From Mobula hypostoma (Eukaryota), in assembly GCF_963921235.1 (NCBI RefSeq), contig NC_086108.1:44270001-44334000 (forward strand): DNA of 64,000 nt, read 5' to 3'. Of the stretch, positions 25,704 through 37,377 are shown piece by piece (positions within the stretch are counted from its first letter, which is position 1; every line of letters starts with the position of its first letter). The notes beneath the pieces were generated by a model, which saw only the letters and a program-made list of their open reading frames with translations, did no database searches and was not told where the DNA came from. A program made the translations under genes and the position numbers.

Positions 25704-27087
25704 CTGTAATGTGCAAAAGTCATAGGCACACGTAAAAAATTTCGGTAAAGTGAGGATGCTTTCAAAAATAATGAAATGAAAAGTTTCTAAGTACCAAAAA
25801 ATGCTGTAAAGAGCAATAAGTAGTAAAAAAAACTAATTCCATTCCATATCTGGTGTGACCACCATTTCCCCTAAAACTGCATCAATTCTCTCAGGTACAC
25901 AGCCGTGCAGTTCAATACGAAAATTGGCTGTTAGGTTGTCCCTAGCATCTTGGAGAACATGCCACAGTTCTGCAGACTTTGGCTGCCTCGCTTGCTTCTG
26001 TCTATCCAGGTAATCCCAGACAACCTTGATGATGTTGAGACGCAGCGCGCGCAGCTCTCCAGTGAAATGATATCGTATTTGTAAGTAGGATGCCATGCAC
26101 AATTCTGATTTGATGGAGACAGATGTGAGAAGGCACAGAGGAACATCTCAAGAAATTTCTGAAATGCCCGGTTCGCTGCCGCTGCTACTGTGTGATCGAG
26201 AATCTCCGGAGGGAAGGCCCCAAAATCCCCGGCTTTGCCTGCTGCTGGTGACCAAGGCTGAGGTTGAAGCGTTCAGCAGAGATGGTGCTCAGTACTCAGT
26301 GTCGGAGGGCTGATCGGAGCTCGAAGTTTTTGGATGACTCAGAGTCGGACTGTGGTCGGGTATGGCAGGGGGAGTTTTCTTCCTTCTCCTGTCTGCGTGA
26401 GATGTGGGACTTTCGAGAGACTTTGAACTTTTTACTGTGCCATGGCCTGTTCTTCATCAAGTTATGGTATTGTTGCACTGTTGTAACTGTGTGTCATAAT
26501 TATGTGGTTTTTGTTAGTTTTTCAGTTTTGGTCTGTCCTGTGTTTCTGTGATATCACACCGGAGGAATATTGTATCATTTCTTAATGCATGCATTACTAA
26601 ATGACAATAAAAGAGGACTGCGTGTCCTCATAATCTATAGATAGATAGATAGATAGATATACTTTATTGATCCCGAGGGAAATTGGGTTTCGTTACAGCC
26701 GCACCAACCAAGAATAGAGCATAAATATAGCAATACAAAAACCACAAACAATCAAACAACAAAATGCAAACTATGCCAGATGAAAAAAAGTCCAGGACCA
26801 GTCTATTGGCTCAGGGTGTCTGACCCTCCACGGGAGGAGCTGCAAGTTCAATGGCCACAGGCAGCAACGACCTCCCATGCCGCCCAGTGTTGAATCTCGG
26901 TGGAATGTGGCCGAAGTCCAACAGTAGAGAGTTCAATATCCGGTCTAAAAACATGTTCCTCGATCGTAATATGACCCAGATTGCACCTAATCAAATCTAA
27001 TCTAATCTAATCAGGGCCCTGTCCAGGCCATACCATCTGAAACCGTATAAAAATCTAGGGTGCCCGAGACCTTTGCACAATACTGCA
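25704..27087 (-). mobile_element. deleted Tc1/mariner element with nested insertions
   Basis: Inverted ends ctgtaatgtgcaaaagtcataggcac / gtgcccgagacctttgcacaatactg. Transposase C-terminal remnant LNIIKVVWDYLDR...ELWHVLQDA...PERIDAV (25833-26040). Confidence 0.7.
26041..26636 (+). mobile_element. ~600-bp non-autonomous retroelement (copy 1)
   Basis: Homologous to 40984-41606, with AATAAA. The (aatct)n tail resumes at ~26995-27012 after a nested LINE 3' end (26637-26990). Confidence 0.7.
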
Positions 27088-27349
27088 CATAACACACACA
27101 GAGTTTTTAAATGGTCTCAGATGGTATGGCCACCAGAGAGCCCTGATCTCAATACCATGTTCGCTGCATGTTCAAGTAGAACTGGAACCCTCAGAACTCA
27201 TTAATACCCTCTTACTAACTGCTCACATAGTATATATAGTTCTGAGAATTTCAGTTCTACTTGAAAATGTGTCAAACATTTTATGTCAAATTACTGTACC
27301 TCTGTCAGGAAACAATGGGACTAATTTAGATCCTGGGATTCTCTACTTC

Positions 27350-27435
27350 TAATATTTTCAAAAATAGCAGTGATATCATCCTGCAGCCAACTGAATTAAT
27401 GACCTTGTAGTGAGGAGATGTTCTCAAATTTAAAG
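27350..27435 (+). pseudogene. possible disabled cytoplasmic-domain exon (3' part)
   Basis: Reads NIFKNSSDIILQPTELMTL**GDVLKFK, then G|gttgtg (phase 1), compatible with the acceptor at 28621. Confidence 0.25.
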
Positions 27436-27849
27436 GTTGTGAATTTGTCTGCATAGGAAAAAAAATTAAACAAATATTCAAATTAAGGCTGCTGAGAGAA
27501 ACATTGACCAGAGTGGATAAAAAAAAGAACGGGTGTTATTATTTTTAGTTTATAACTAATATTGTTACAGATTTTACACCTTTGTTCTCCACCCTTCCAC
27601 AGACATCCCTTTTGTTCTCTCCACTTCTTCCCTAGCTTGAAAGCCTACAACTTTGAAGACTGAGTTCTGATGAACGTCAGTGACCTGAAACCTTAACGCT
27701 TTCCTCTCTACACAGATGTTGTTTAACCTGTTGAATATCTCCAGCACTGTTTTAATTCTTATTGACAACTCCGATCACTTTGTTCCACCACAACACTCAC
27801 AACATGCTGGAGGAACTCAGCAGGGTCGGGCAGCATCCATGGAAATGAA

Positions 27850-27887
27850 CAGTCAACGTTTCGGGCCGGAACCCTTCGTCAGGACTG
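27850..27887 (-). ncRNA. minimal hammerhead ribozyme motif
   Basis: Minus strand cagtc-CTGACGA-agggttccggccc-GAAA-cgtt-gactg. Confidence 0.7.
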
Positions 27888-28463
27888 AAGAGGGAAGGGG
27901 CAGAGGCCCTATAAAGAAGGTGGGGGGAGGATGGGAAGGAGAAGGCTGGTAGGTTCCAGGTGAAAAACCAGTAAGGGGAAAGATAAAGGGGTGGGGGAGG
28001 GGAAGAAGGGAGGGATAGGCAGGAAAGGTGAAGAAGGAATAGGGGAAAGCACAATGGGTAGTAGAAGGAGGCGGAACCATGAGGGAGGTGATAGGCAGCT
28101 GGGAGAGGGGGCAGAGTGAAACTGGGATGGGGGAAGGGAATTATCGGAAGTTGGAGAATTCAATGTTCATGCCCAGGGGCTGGAGACTACCGAGACGGTA
28201 CATGAGGTGTTGCTCCTCCCCCATCCCAGTTTCACTCTGCCCCCTCCTCCAGCTGTCTATCACCTCCCTCTTGGTTGTGCCTCCTTCTACTACCCATTGT
28301 GCTTTCCCCTATTCCTTCTTCACCTTTCCTGCCTATCACCTCCCTGCTTGCCCTCCCCCACCCCTTGATCGTTCCCCTTACTGGATTTCATCTGGCACCT
28401 ACCTGCCTTCTCCTTCCCACCCTCCCCCCACCTTCTTTATAGGGCCTCTGCCCCCTCCCTCTT

Positions 28464-28501
28464 CAGTCCTGACGAAGGGTCTCGGCCTGAAACGTTGACT
28501 G
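28464..28501 (+). ncRNA. minimal hammerhead ribozyme motif
   Basis: cagtc-CTGACGA-agggtctcggcct-GAAA-cgtt-gactg. Confidence 0.7.
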
Positions 28502-28621
28502 TTTGTTTGCATGGATGCTGCCCGACCTGCTGAGTTCCTCCAGCGTGTTGCTTTGACCCCAGCATCTGCAGAGTATGTTGTGTTTACTTTGTTCCACTGA
28601 TCACCCCATCATTGTTCTAAG

Positions 28622-28802
28622 GTTTGGTCAATTATATTTACCTCAATCATGACATTAACAGCTACTTATCCAGCTATTTTGAATGTAAATTTAAAATGGA
28701 ATCTACTCTAATATTTCAAAAAGACAAATTACCATAAATCATGATGGAGGGGTTATCCACCAGATTTACTGTATTACCGCATTGTGCTTCAACAGATATT
28801 GG
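28622..28802 (+). pseudogene. possible disabled exon of the same gene
   Basis: Acceptor ttgttctaag|, phase 1. Reads (G)LVNYIYLNHDINSYLSSYFECKFKMESTLIFQKDKLP*IMMEGLSTRFTVLPHCASTDI, one stop in ~60 codons of AT-rich DNA. Confidence 0.3.
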
Positions 28803-29164
28803 ATAAGTAATTTCAATGTTTTCAGGCCAACACTATTTAATCCTGAATATTTATTTTTTTATATAAGTTTTGACAGTCATCCCCAGTTCTGAGTCCCCCT
28901 CCCTCAAGCTGTTCACCTCTGATGCTGCATATGAAGACATTGTGAATTTCTTTGCTTCCAAAATTGAAGCCACTAACTTGATCTGATCCAATCCTATAGT
29001 TTATCTCTTCTCTGCTTCTCCTGACTAAGGCTGTTAGCGAGTTGTATAAATCCTGGCTCTTTGGCACACGAGTTAAGCACCCATTTAAGTACCCATTTAT
29101 ACTTGTCATAAATTAATCAATTTTTTATTTTCCCCATATTATCATTAACTCCCTTCCAGATTCC

Positions 29165-29400
29165 ACCACTATCCTACACACTAGGGCCAATTTGCAGCAG
29201 CCTATTAAGCAACCACCCTGTACATCAAGGATCAATTTTATCAAACTTTATTCCCCATATATATTTACATGCATTAGGAATTTGCTGTGGTGTGTTGGTG
29301 CTCCATGCAACAAAAATCTTTTGGATGTGGAAGGCAACCCAGGTAGGGAGAATGTGCAAACTCCCTTCAGAGAGCACCTAAGATCAGAATTGAACCTGTC
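29165..29400 (-). mobile_element. degenerate shark-type (HE1/V-SINE-like) SINE
   Basis: tttggatgtggaagg...gggagaatgtgcaaactcc motif typical of this SINE group, recognised from memory. Confidence 0.45.
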
Positions 29401-30299
29401 ATTCTGTAAGGTTTTTGGTTTCTGCAACAAAATCCATTCCGTGGCTGAAAATTCCAACCCTGAAAACGATCTGGAGCAGAACCAAATAGATCATTGTCCT
29501 GGCATCAAATCTGACCACAAAACAAGTTTTGACCCATGTATTTACACCATACCCAGGATAACCCATGTATTTGGCACTCTACTAAAACTAATTATTTGCT
29601 GAAGCCATCATCCTACACCTTCACCGTCATGAGGTTTGATGACCCCAGCCCATTCAAAGCTATTCTCCCACATCTACCACCAGTCTTTGACCATCCAAAA
29701 TCCTAATACTGTGTCCTGTCAAACCATCTCTCTGCTCTTCTGACAAACTATAGATTCCTGCCACAGTTGCAATTGTAAAATTCTGTCTCTAGTTTTCAAA
29801 CCATCTCCATTATCTGACTTTTCCTTCATCTATATTCTCCCACAGCCTTGTAAATCCAATAATTCTGGTTGATTGATCATTCTCAAATTTAGTAGCTTTA
29901 CCATTGGTGTCTGTGCATTCAACTAATAAAAATTGGTTGCAGTGCACCTTAAATCATTTTGTTAACATTAGAAGATCTATGTAAAGATAAGCTGAGTTGT
30001 TCTTTTTGTCCTAATATAGAAAAAACGATTCTTTCAGTAATAATGTTTTACAGTTTGTTTTCAGAATCCATAAAAATTTCAAACTGATTTCAATAGTCTG
30101 CTTTTATACACAATTGGATCCGGAAAAAATATGGTGTTAAAATGGTTATGATATTATGATTCAGACTTATGAAGCTGGGGAACTTTAGTGCTAACGTATT
30201 TTATTGCATGAAAGCTTGATTTAAAAATGTAATTTAAAAATCTCAACAAACTAGTTTCTAACTTGAGTTACTAACACGGTAGAGTTTCACATGCTTTCA

Positions 30300-30700
30300 G
30301 TTCCTGGAAGTCCAAATAGCAATTTGCTGACGTGTCATTGTTTAGTTAAAAGTAATCACCTAGTTTAAATGCCCGGCAGCTAATAAAGTAGAAGCCCTTT
30401 GTTCAAGTCTGATGCGTGGCACCCATTCTCTCTTTTCGTACCGTATGACAAAAATAGTTCCTTGATTGATGCCGAGTCATCGTGAGTGCGACGGATGAGT
30501 GACGGCCTCCACCTCCGAAGGCCGTCTCATTCGCCCTCTTCATTGGTTAGCTCACCATGATTGACACGCAATTGCGTCCGCCTCCTACACATCTTCCTGC
30601 CTCTGAGTGGTTGCGACGCCTGTCACTCAGCTTGATTGAGCAGCTGCTTGCTGCTGAATGGTCCTTGGCGCTTTTCTTCGGTGCGCCGCCTTAGTTTGTT
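30300..30700 (+). promoter_or_regulatory. KEAP1: KEAP1 promoter (CpG-rich)
   Basis: Sharp CpG rise from ~30410 to ~31450, inverted CCAAT (cattggtt 30541), TGATTGAC/TGAGTGAC motifs and an ARE at 30470-30480. It is the nearest promoter-like region upstream of the first KEAP1 coding exon. Confidence 0.7.
30470..30480 (-). promoter_or_regulatory. antioxidant response element (NRF2-sMAF site)
   Basis: Minus strand ATGACTCGGCA matches RTGACnnnGCA, one mismatch from ATGACTCAGCA. Confidence 0.6.
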
Positions 30701-30829
30701 TTAGGTGGGATCGGGAATCTGTCATGGAGCTTCAGTTTTGGAGATAAATCAAGCTTGGGGGGAGTTTATGAAGACCCGGGCGTGAGCGTGTAAAAGGCCG
30801 GCTTGCATCCTCAGTTCCCAGGGCCGAGT
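30660..30829 (+). other. KEAP1: probable non-coding exon 1 of KEAP1 (start approximate)
   Basis: Consensus donor |GTAAGT at 30830 within the CpG island. Human KEAP1 also has a non-coding exon 1. Confidence 0.5.
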
Positions 30830-33626
30830 GTAAGTACTCAGAAGGGAGGAACAGTAGAGGCGGCCTTTCTCGTCGTTCTCACATGTCGGGGTGAAAAACT
30901 GGGGGCGGCGGCGGCCGAGAGGTTACAAAGCAGCAGGGGGTCACTGCAAAATGTCCGAGCAGCATTGTTATGGACTGTCGGCTGCACCGGCGGGCTTTGT
31001 AGATCATGGTGTTGCAGTCTGTCCCAAGGTTAGGTGGAGGAATGTGTCCAGGCTTCACCTCCAGATCTTACTCTTGAAGCTTGGCCTGCGTGGAAGGCAA
31101 AGCCGGAGTCAGCGCCGCGGCATCTGCTCTTCTTTCTCCTCCTCCTCCTCTCCAGTACTCTTTCTATTCCCTTTATGGCCAAACTCTATTTTCCTGAGTT
31201 CGGTTCGGTCCAGCCAGACCTTGTACCAAATTAGCGAGAGCAAAACCTGAAAGGGCTCGTCTTTGGAGAAATCCGTGACCTAGACGAAATGTTAGCACAA
31301 GAAAGCTAGATAAAATGTTCTGTCAGTAGAACATTGCCGATAGTGTATTACAAAGCTTGTGGGCGCGCTTTGCAATTGTCTCCGACCGCTGAAATACGAC
31401 TTGCTGCGCAATGTGTGTGGTTATCAACTGGTTCGCCTTCAGTCTTAAATTGTAGCGAAACCTCTCCGAGAAGATATAGAAGTGACCATTTGACACATGT
31501 TGCAGAGTCAGTGGTGTCATTTAAACTGCCTCAACATTATACTTCAATTACGTAGGGGTTGTTTTTATTTTAAACAAGTTGAAAGCGTTTTGCACAAAAT
31601 CAAAGAGAATTAGAAAATTAATCATCATAAAACCGTTTTTAAAAACAATCCAGAAATTCCATGTGATATCAGAATTTGTCCTTTTAATCCAATGGGCCCA
31701 ACTATATATATAGAAACACACATTCAACAAGTCTCTAGAATGGACAGTGACTTTATACAGTAACGTAAATTGTTTAAAAATATATATTTACAGCAGGCAG
31801 GGTCTTAACTGGGTTAACTGAACGTGGGGGTTGGGGGGAGCAATGGTGTTCTATTGTTCCTTTGTTTAATGTCAGTATTTGTTCTTCCTATATCAGTTTC
31901 GGGATCAAGGTCAGTCTAAATAAGTGTTATCCAAAAGAAAGGATAGCTTTCAGTGAAATAGTCAAAGCTCAGTTTTTGAACCATTGGATCTAAATTACCA
32001 GTGCATTTATTGGTTTGCATCCTTTTAACTGTACCTTGTCAAAACGTCTTTGTGTGACTGACTATGCCTTGTCTATGTAACTTGCATCTGTTAAATAACT
32101 TTATACCAATAATAGGTAACCCTAAAATATTGAAGATGCAGACATGCATACAAAGATTTTGTATTTTTCTATTTTCTACTTGCCATCTCTCTTTAAGGTC
32201 ACCCAACCAATTTAAGTTAGTCCCAGCCAGTAAATATGTGCATATTATCAGCTTTTGAAGTTCCATTTCTTTTGCATTTCAGTCACTCGGTTGTATACAA
32301 TTGAAATTCACATGTAAAACTTTTTCCCATCGCGCACTAGTACTTTTCTTTCCATATTTTTCAATAAACTACCATATTACCAGGAGCTTTGTGGCTCAGG
32401 CCAATATTTATCCCACTCACAACACCGCCACATTCAGTTATTTCACCAATCCTTTGTGAAATGTCCTGTTGCACAAATTAACCATGTTTCACAGTATTGT
32501 AAGTAACTAAGCTTTTAAAATTAATTTGTAACAATATTGTGAAGAATCATATGAATTCAGCCTTGCATGTTTTCATTTCAAGACTTTCCAAATTTGAGGT
32601 TTCAACTTAATTTTCCTCTTAATAATGCAACTCCCAGTGTTCTTAGTTCAAAATGAAGTTGGAATGTGAGGTACCTCAGTAAATCCAGTTTACTTATGGA
32701 TACAATATTAACAGCATTGGAGCTAAAGGTGGAAGAAAAGAGCAGCTATGCAGCAAGATCTGTTGGTGAATAAAGAAAAATGTGTGCTATGACAGCTGTT
32801 GGTGAAAAGAACAACATGTGTGATGGGAGCTGTTAGTGAATACAGAGGAATGTGTGGAGAGACCTATTAGTGAATAATGAAAGCTGAGAGTTTTCTTCTT
32901 TTCTGTACATCAGAAAGGATCCATTACTGATGAGTGATGCTGTTAAACTATTCTATTCCATTCCTTTGCGATGATATGTGCGTAGTTACATAAGTGAAGA
33001 TTTTTTTTAAATTCTAAAAATAGCAGAATATTTTGGTGGCATATAGAATAACAAAGGTCCGAGATCATGAGGAACTTAATATAAATGTATTTTTTAAATT
33101 GTATCATTAAAAATGTTGTCATTATTTTTGAGTAGATGCTTATGGTGGTGTAGTTACTGAGTCAATCAGCAAATTGGGTTGCAACATCATTTCCCTGGAT
33201 TTGTGCTTAAGTATCTTGTTCCTGCGTTTAAGTGACCTGAGGTATTACAAAGTAATGGATACAAAACCCCAGATGAGGCTTGATTTTAATGAAGCTTGAC
33301 CTGGAGGGGAAACTTCTTTTTCCCCAATAATATGTAAGTACAGCTAGTTTAATGAACATAAAATATTCTTACCTCAGCTGCAAAAATGCATTTTCTTTAT
33401 GGAAACTACTTTTTTCTGTGTCATAATCTGTGCTTGGGAATGGTTGTCCTTGTTCTACCATTTGAACAGTTTGACTGTGACACAGGAATCAACCATCTAA
33501 AATTTATGCTTAAATATTTTTATATTAGGTACTTTTAATATTAAATGTTTAATTGCCATTTGAAGTTGGTGCTTCTGTTCTGAATTAGTTACTGGAGCCT
33601 TAATGGAACATAAGAATATGGTGTAC

Positions 33627-33915
33627 TTAGAACATAGAAATCTACGGCACATTACAGGCCCATTGGCCCCACAATGTTGTGCCGACCGTGTAACCTACTC
33701 TAGAAACTGCCTAGAATTTCCCTAGAGTATAGCCGCATTTTTTTTAAAGCTCCGTGTACCTATCTAAGAGGCTCTTAAAAGACCCCATTGTATTGTATCC
33801 ACTTTCACCACCATTGCCGGCAGTGCATTCCACGCACCCACCACTCTCGGTGTGGAAAAACTTACTCTTGACATCCCCTCGGTACCTATTTCCAAACACC
33901 TTAAAACTATGCCCC
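33627..33915 (-). mobile_element. CR1 3' end
   Basis: Matches the family at 14310-14690, with agaacatagaaa tail. Confidence 0.85.
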
Positions 33916-34318
33916 CTCTGGAAATGGCTCATCCGTAGGGGGCAAAAGTGTTATCGTATAACTAATTCACCCTCACCTTTCAATTCCCCTGATGGTGATT
34001 TAGTTTAAAAAGTAGACATTTCAGTGAAACAGTCGCTTATTTTGCAAATATTGGTGTTTTGTGATTTTTTTAAAAAGAAAAATTACAAATGACCCCAATG
34101 TACCATGAGGCATGAAGAGATGAAGGCTTCATGATAGAAGCAGCCAGCCAACGGACCCAATAGTCTTATTGATATATTTAACACTGGGCATATTTCAATC
34201 CCTCATCTTTGCTGAATTAGATTTCTTCCATGAGATAAAATTTTGCTCCTGCATAAAGAGGAAAAATAACACGTTTTAGCTTGTGTTTCTTGTAACTTAT
34301 TTAAATATAGAATTGCAG

Positions 34319-34888
34319 CAACACACATAAAAGTTGCTGGTGAACGCAGCAGGCCAGGCAGCATCTCTAGGAAGAGGTACAGTTGACGTTTCGGGCCGAG
34401 ACCCTTCGTCAGGACTAACTGAAGGAAGAGCTAGTAATAGATTTGAAAGTGGGAGAGGGAGGGGGAGATCCGAAATGATAGGAGAAGACAGGAGGGGGAG
34501 GGATGGAGCCAAGAGCTGAACAGTTGATTGGCAAAAGGGATATGAGAGGATCATGGGACAGGAGGCCTAGGGAGAAAGAAAGGGGGTGGGGGGAACCCAG
34601 AGGATGGGCAAGGGGTATAGTGAGAGGGACAGAGGGAGAAAAAGGAGAGAAAGAAAAGTGTGTGTATGTATGTGTGTGTGTATGTGTATATATATAAAAA
34701 TATGTAAGGGCAGCACATTTGAGTGGCCTTTTTATTTATAGATAATGTATAATAATTTATATATAATATAATATATACAATATTTTATATATATGTATAA
34801 TATTATATATATAATTATAATGGATGGGGTACAAGGGGGAGGTGGGGCATTAGCAGAAGTTTGAGAAGTCAATGTTCATGCCAGTACC
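34319..34888 (-). mobile_element. truncated Penelope 3' end with internal AT-rich microsatellite and hammerhead motif (34381-34416)
   Basis: Homologous to 17400-17780. TSD agaattgcag at 34309-34318 and 34889-34898. Confidence 0.88.
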
Positions 34889-37377
34889 AGAATTGCAGTA
34901 CCAGGTTCTGCTACAATATTCTCTTGGCTGAATGATCATATCAGACAGTCTTGGATTATACTTTTAGACTGATTCATTTGTTATGATGTGGACAAAAGTT
35001 TGGGAGACGATTCATTCCCTTCTGCTTTGCTAGTGCTAGAGTAAATGAGCAGGAAGGGGAGGATTCCTGATTGTCCTGTTTTGCCTGCAAGTTACTTTCG
35101 GGTTAAAGTTATATTGTTTTCAAAACACTGTACAAAGTCAAATCCTTTACTATCACTTCCCAGCAAATCTGTCAAGTTTTAGCTGATGCGGGTAACTAGC
35201 TATTACTGCAGTTCATTGACATTGCTGTAGAACTGCCGTAAGCAAATGAAATAGATTATTGGCTCAGTGACACCCCACCGCATTTGCTCTAAATATTTTT
35301 ATAATGTTAATAATCACATTGAGAGAGGTATTTTAGATTTGTATATAATGTGTGTAGATGGATTTATAATTTTTGGACCAGTGTAAAGCATAAAAGTTGA
35401 ACAAAGATGAAGAATTGTAGTTGATTGATAAATACTTCCATTGTTTTCAATTGTAGAAAAGCAAATTTTTGTCAGTCACTCCTCTGATCTCCATGCATGT
35501 TTTATCATTTCATATGTGATTACAAAAAAAGCAGCTTGGCTTGACCCAGAAATGTATAAAGAATATGGTCCTCAAAATGCTGGAGGAACTCAGCAGATCA
35601 GGCAGCATCTGTGGAAAGGAATAAGCATTTGGCATGTTGGGCCAAGATCCAGAAGATTTTTATTCTGAAGATCTAGTGTTGCGAATGGTGCTTTTTACAA
35701 TCCTTTGATTCTGACAGCTTACTACAGTATTATTATCTGATCTACTGGAGTTTTTGAGTGGGAGCAGATATAAAATATGAGTAAGGGCAGCACATTTGAG
35801 TACTGGGCCTTTTAAAATATACCAAATAAAATGCGACTTACTGTTCCTAAGCAAAACTGCAAAAGGGGTGATAGCAGAATGGAAGCTTAGTTATTCTCCA
35901 CATCTGTTTTCTATCCTTTAACTGACTTTTTCTGAACTGAAGGAAACTAGAGTGGAATTACATCAAGTTCAATTACTTCAATTGAGTACAGAAATAGAAT
36001 TTCAACATTTGAGAATATAGCAAACTCTGAAGCTGGGAGGTTGTTAATGGATTTATTGAGGACAGGTATTGTTGGAAAGGTAGCAAAATGCCTAGAAAAG
36101 TGAGTGTCATTCATTTTGGTGGGAAAAGCTAAGGAAAAATAACATGTGCTTCTTGAGCTGTGCAAGCCGTGTCTCTGCTTCTTTCTACAAATGAATATAT
36201 TGTTATGGAAATCTATATGGCCACAAGCAATGTCAGTATATTTGTGGGATAAGTGAAATATACTTTATTTTAGTTTTACTCTTTTCCACTGTTATCCCAT
36301 TTTCTGAGTAAATTGATGATGGTATTTGTGCCCCCCTGTTTTTGCCTTGAATTTCTAATATTTCCATCCTGCTCTCACCTTCCTACATCCATCTCTGATT
36401 TGTCCCTTCCCTGACCTCTATCCATTTCAGGGGATAGATTAACAATCAATATTCGCTATCTTTGGTCTATGTCCTACAAAAATCAAAGCTGAGTTTATTG
36501 TTGTTTGTATAAGCACATGTATAGTGTAATGGAAAAACTTGCATCAGATGCACAACATTCATAAGGAAATATAAATTAAATAAGTTACACAAGCAAGAAC
36601 CCATTTAGAATTGTTTTAAAAACATCCATTGTAGTACAAAATGGTCGTGGTGTTGCTATCAAGGTATTGATTGGGATTGTGCAGGTTGATTCAAAAATCT
36701 TCACCAGGTACTTTGAGCATGTTTTCTCCCACCCTGCTTCCTCAAGAGACTTCATTTTCTCAGTGTGTGTCTCCATCGCATCTGCTGTGATGATACAATC
36801 TTCTATGCTGATATTTCTGCATTTGTTTCCTCTGTTGTGGGGAATTCCAGTCCATCACTGTTTGCTGGACTAGGTCTGTTCTATTTCCCACTCTACTACA
36901 TTCTGCTAAGATTTCCCATATCTTTGCCTTCTACCTTGCCAGCTGGCATATTCAGTAAATGATTATCTGCATCATTGACATGTCCTGGCATGATCACACC
37001 ACCAGGCAGCACTTTCCTGTCCTACCTCATTCAAAATTTGTGATAAACCATTCTTTTTGGGAGTCCATCTTAATCCTCCTGCAGACCATCCTGTGCAATT
37101 TTAGAAGCAATACCTGCCCTTTTAACTCCTTGCTGTTAGCCAGAGTCCCAGAAGTCAAATGGTAATGTTTGCCATTTAATTTGCTGTATATACAGCTCAA
37201 GATGTGGCTGTGTGCATATCGGACCTACTGGATGCAGACTGAGTGACTGGTTTGTGGAACACCTCCATTCAGTCCACAAATTCTTAGTTACCTGTCATCT
37301 CATTAGTTGGACGAAGTCTAATATTACCTTGAACCGGTATCTTCTCCAAAAAAGCAAGTAACAACCTTCTGAGCATA

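Larger units (their letters stand above)
27789..28585. mobile_element. Penelope 3' end in inverted (hairpin) arrangement, 12-bp TSD
   Basis: ~27800-28130 is the reverse complement of ~28218-28550. The spacer carries the GIY-YIG C-terminus. TSD actttgttccac at 27777-27788 and 28586-28597. Confidence 0.88.

Noticed and set aside
30803..31250. ORFs in the KEAP1 CpG island
   Set aside because: No recognisable protein. They cross or follow the exon-1 donor and are expected by chance in GC-rich DNA.
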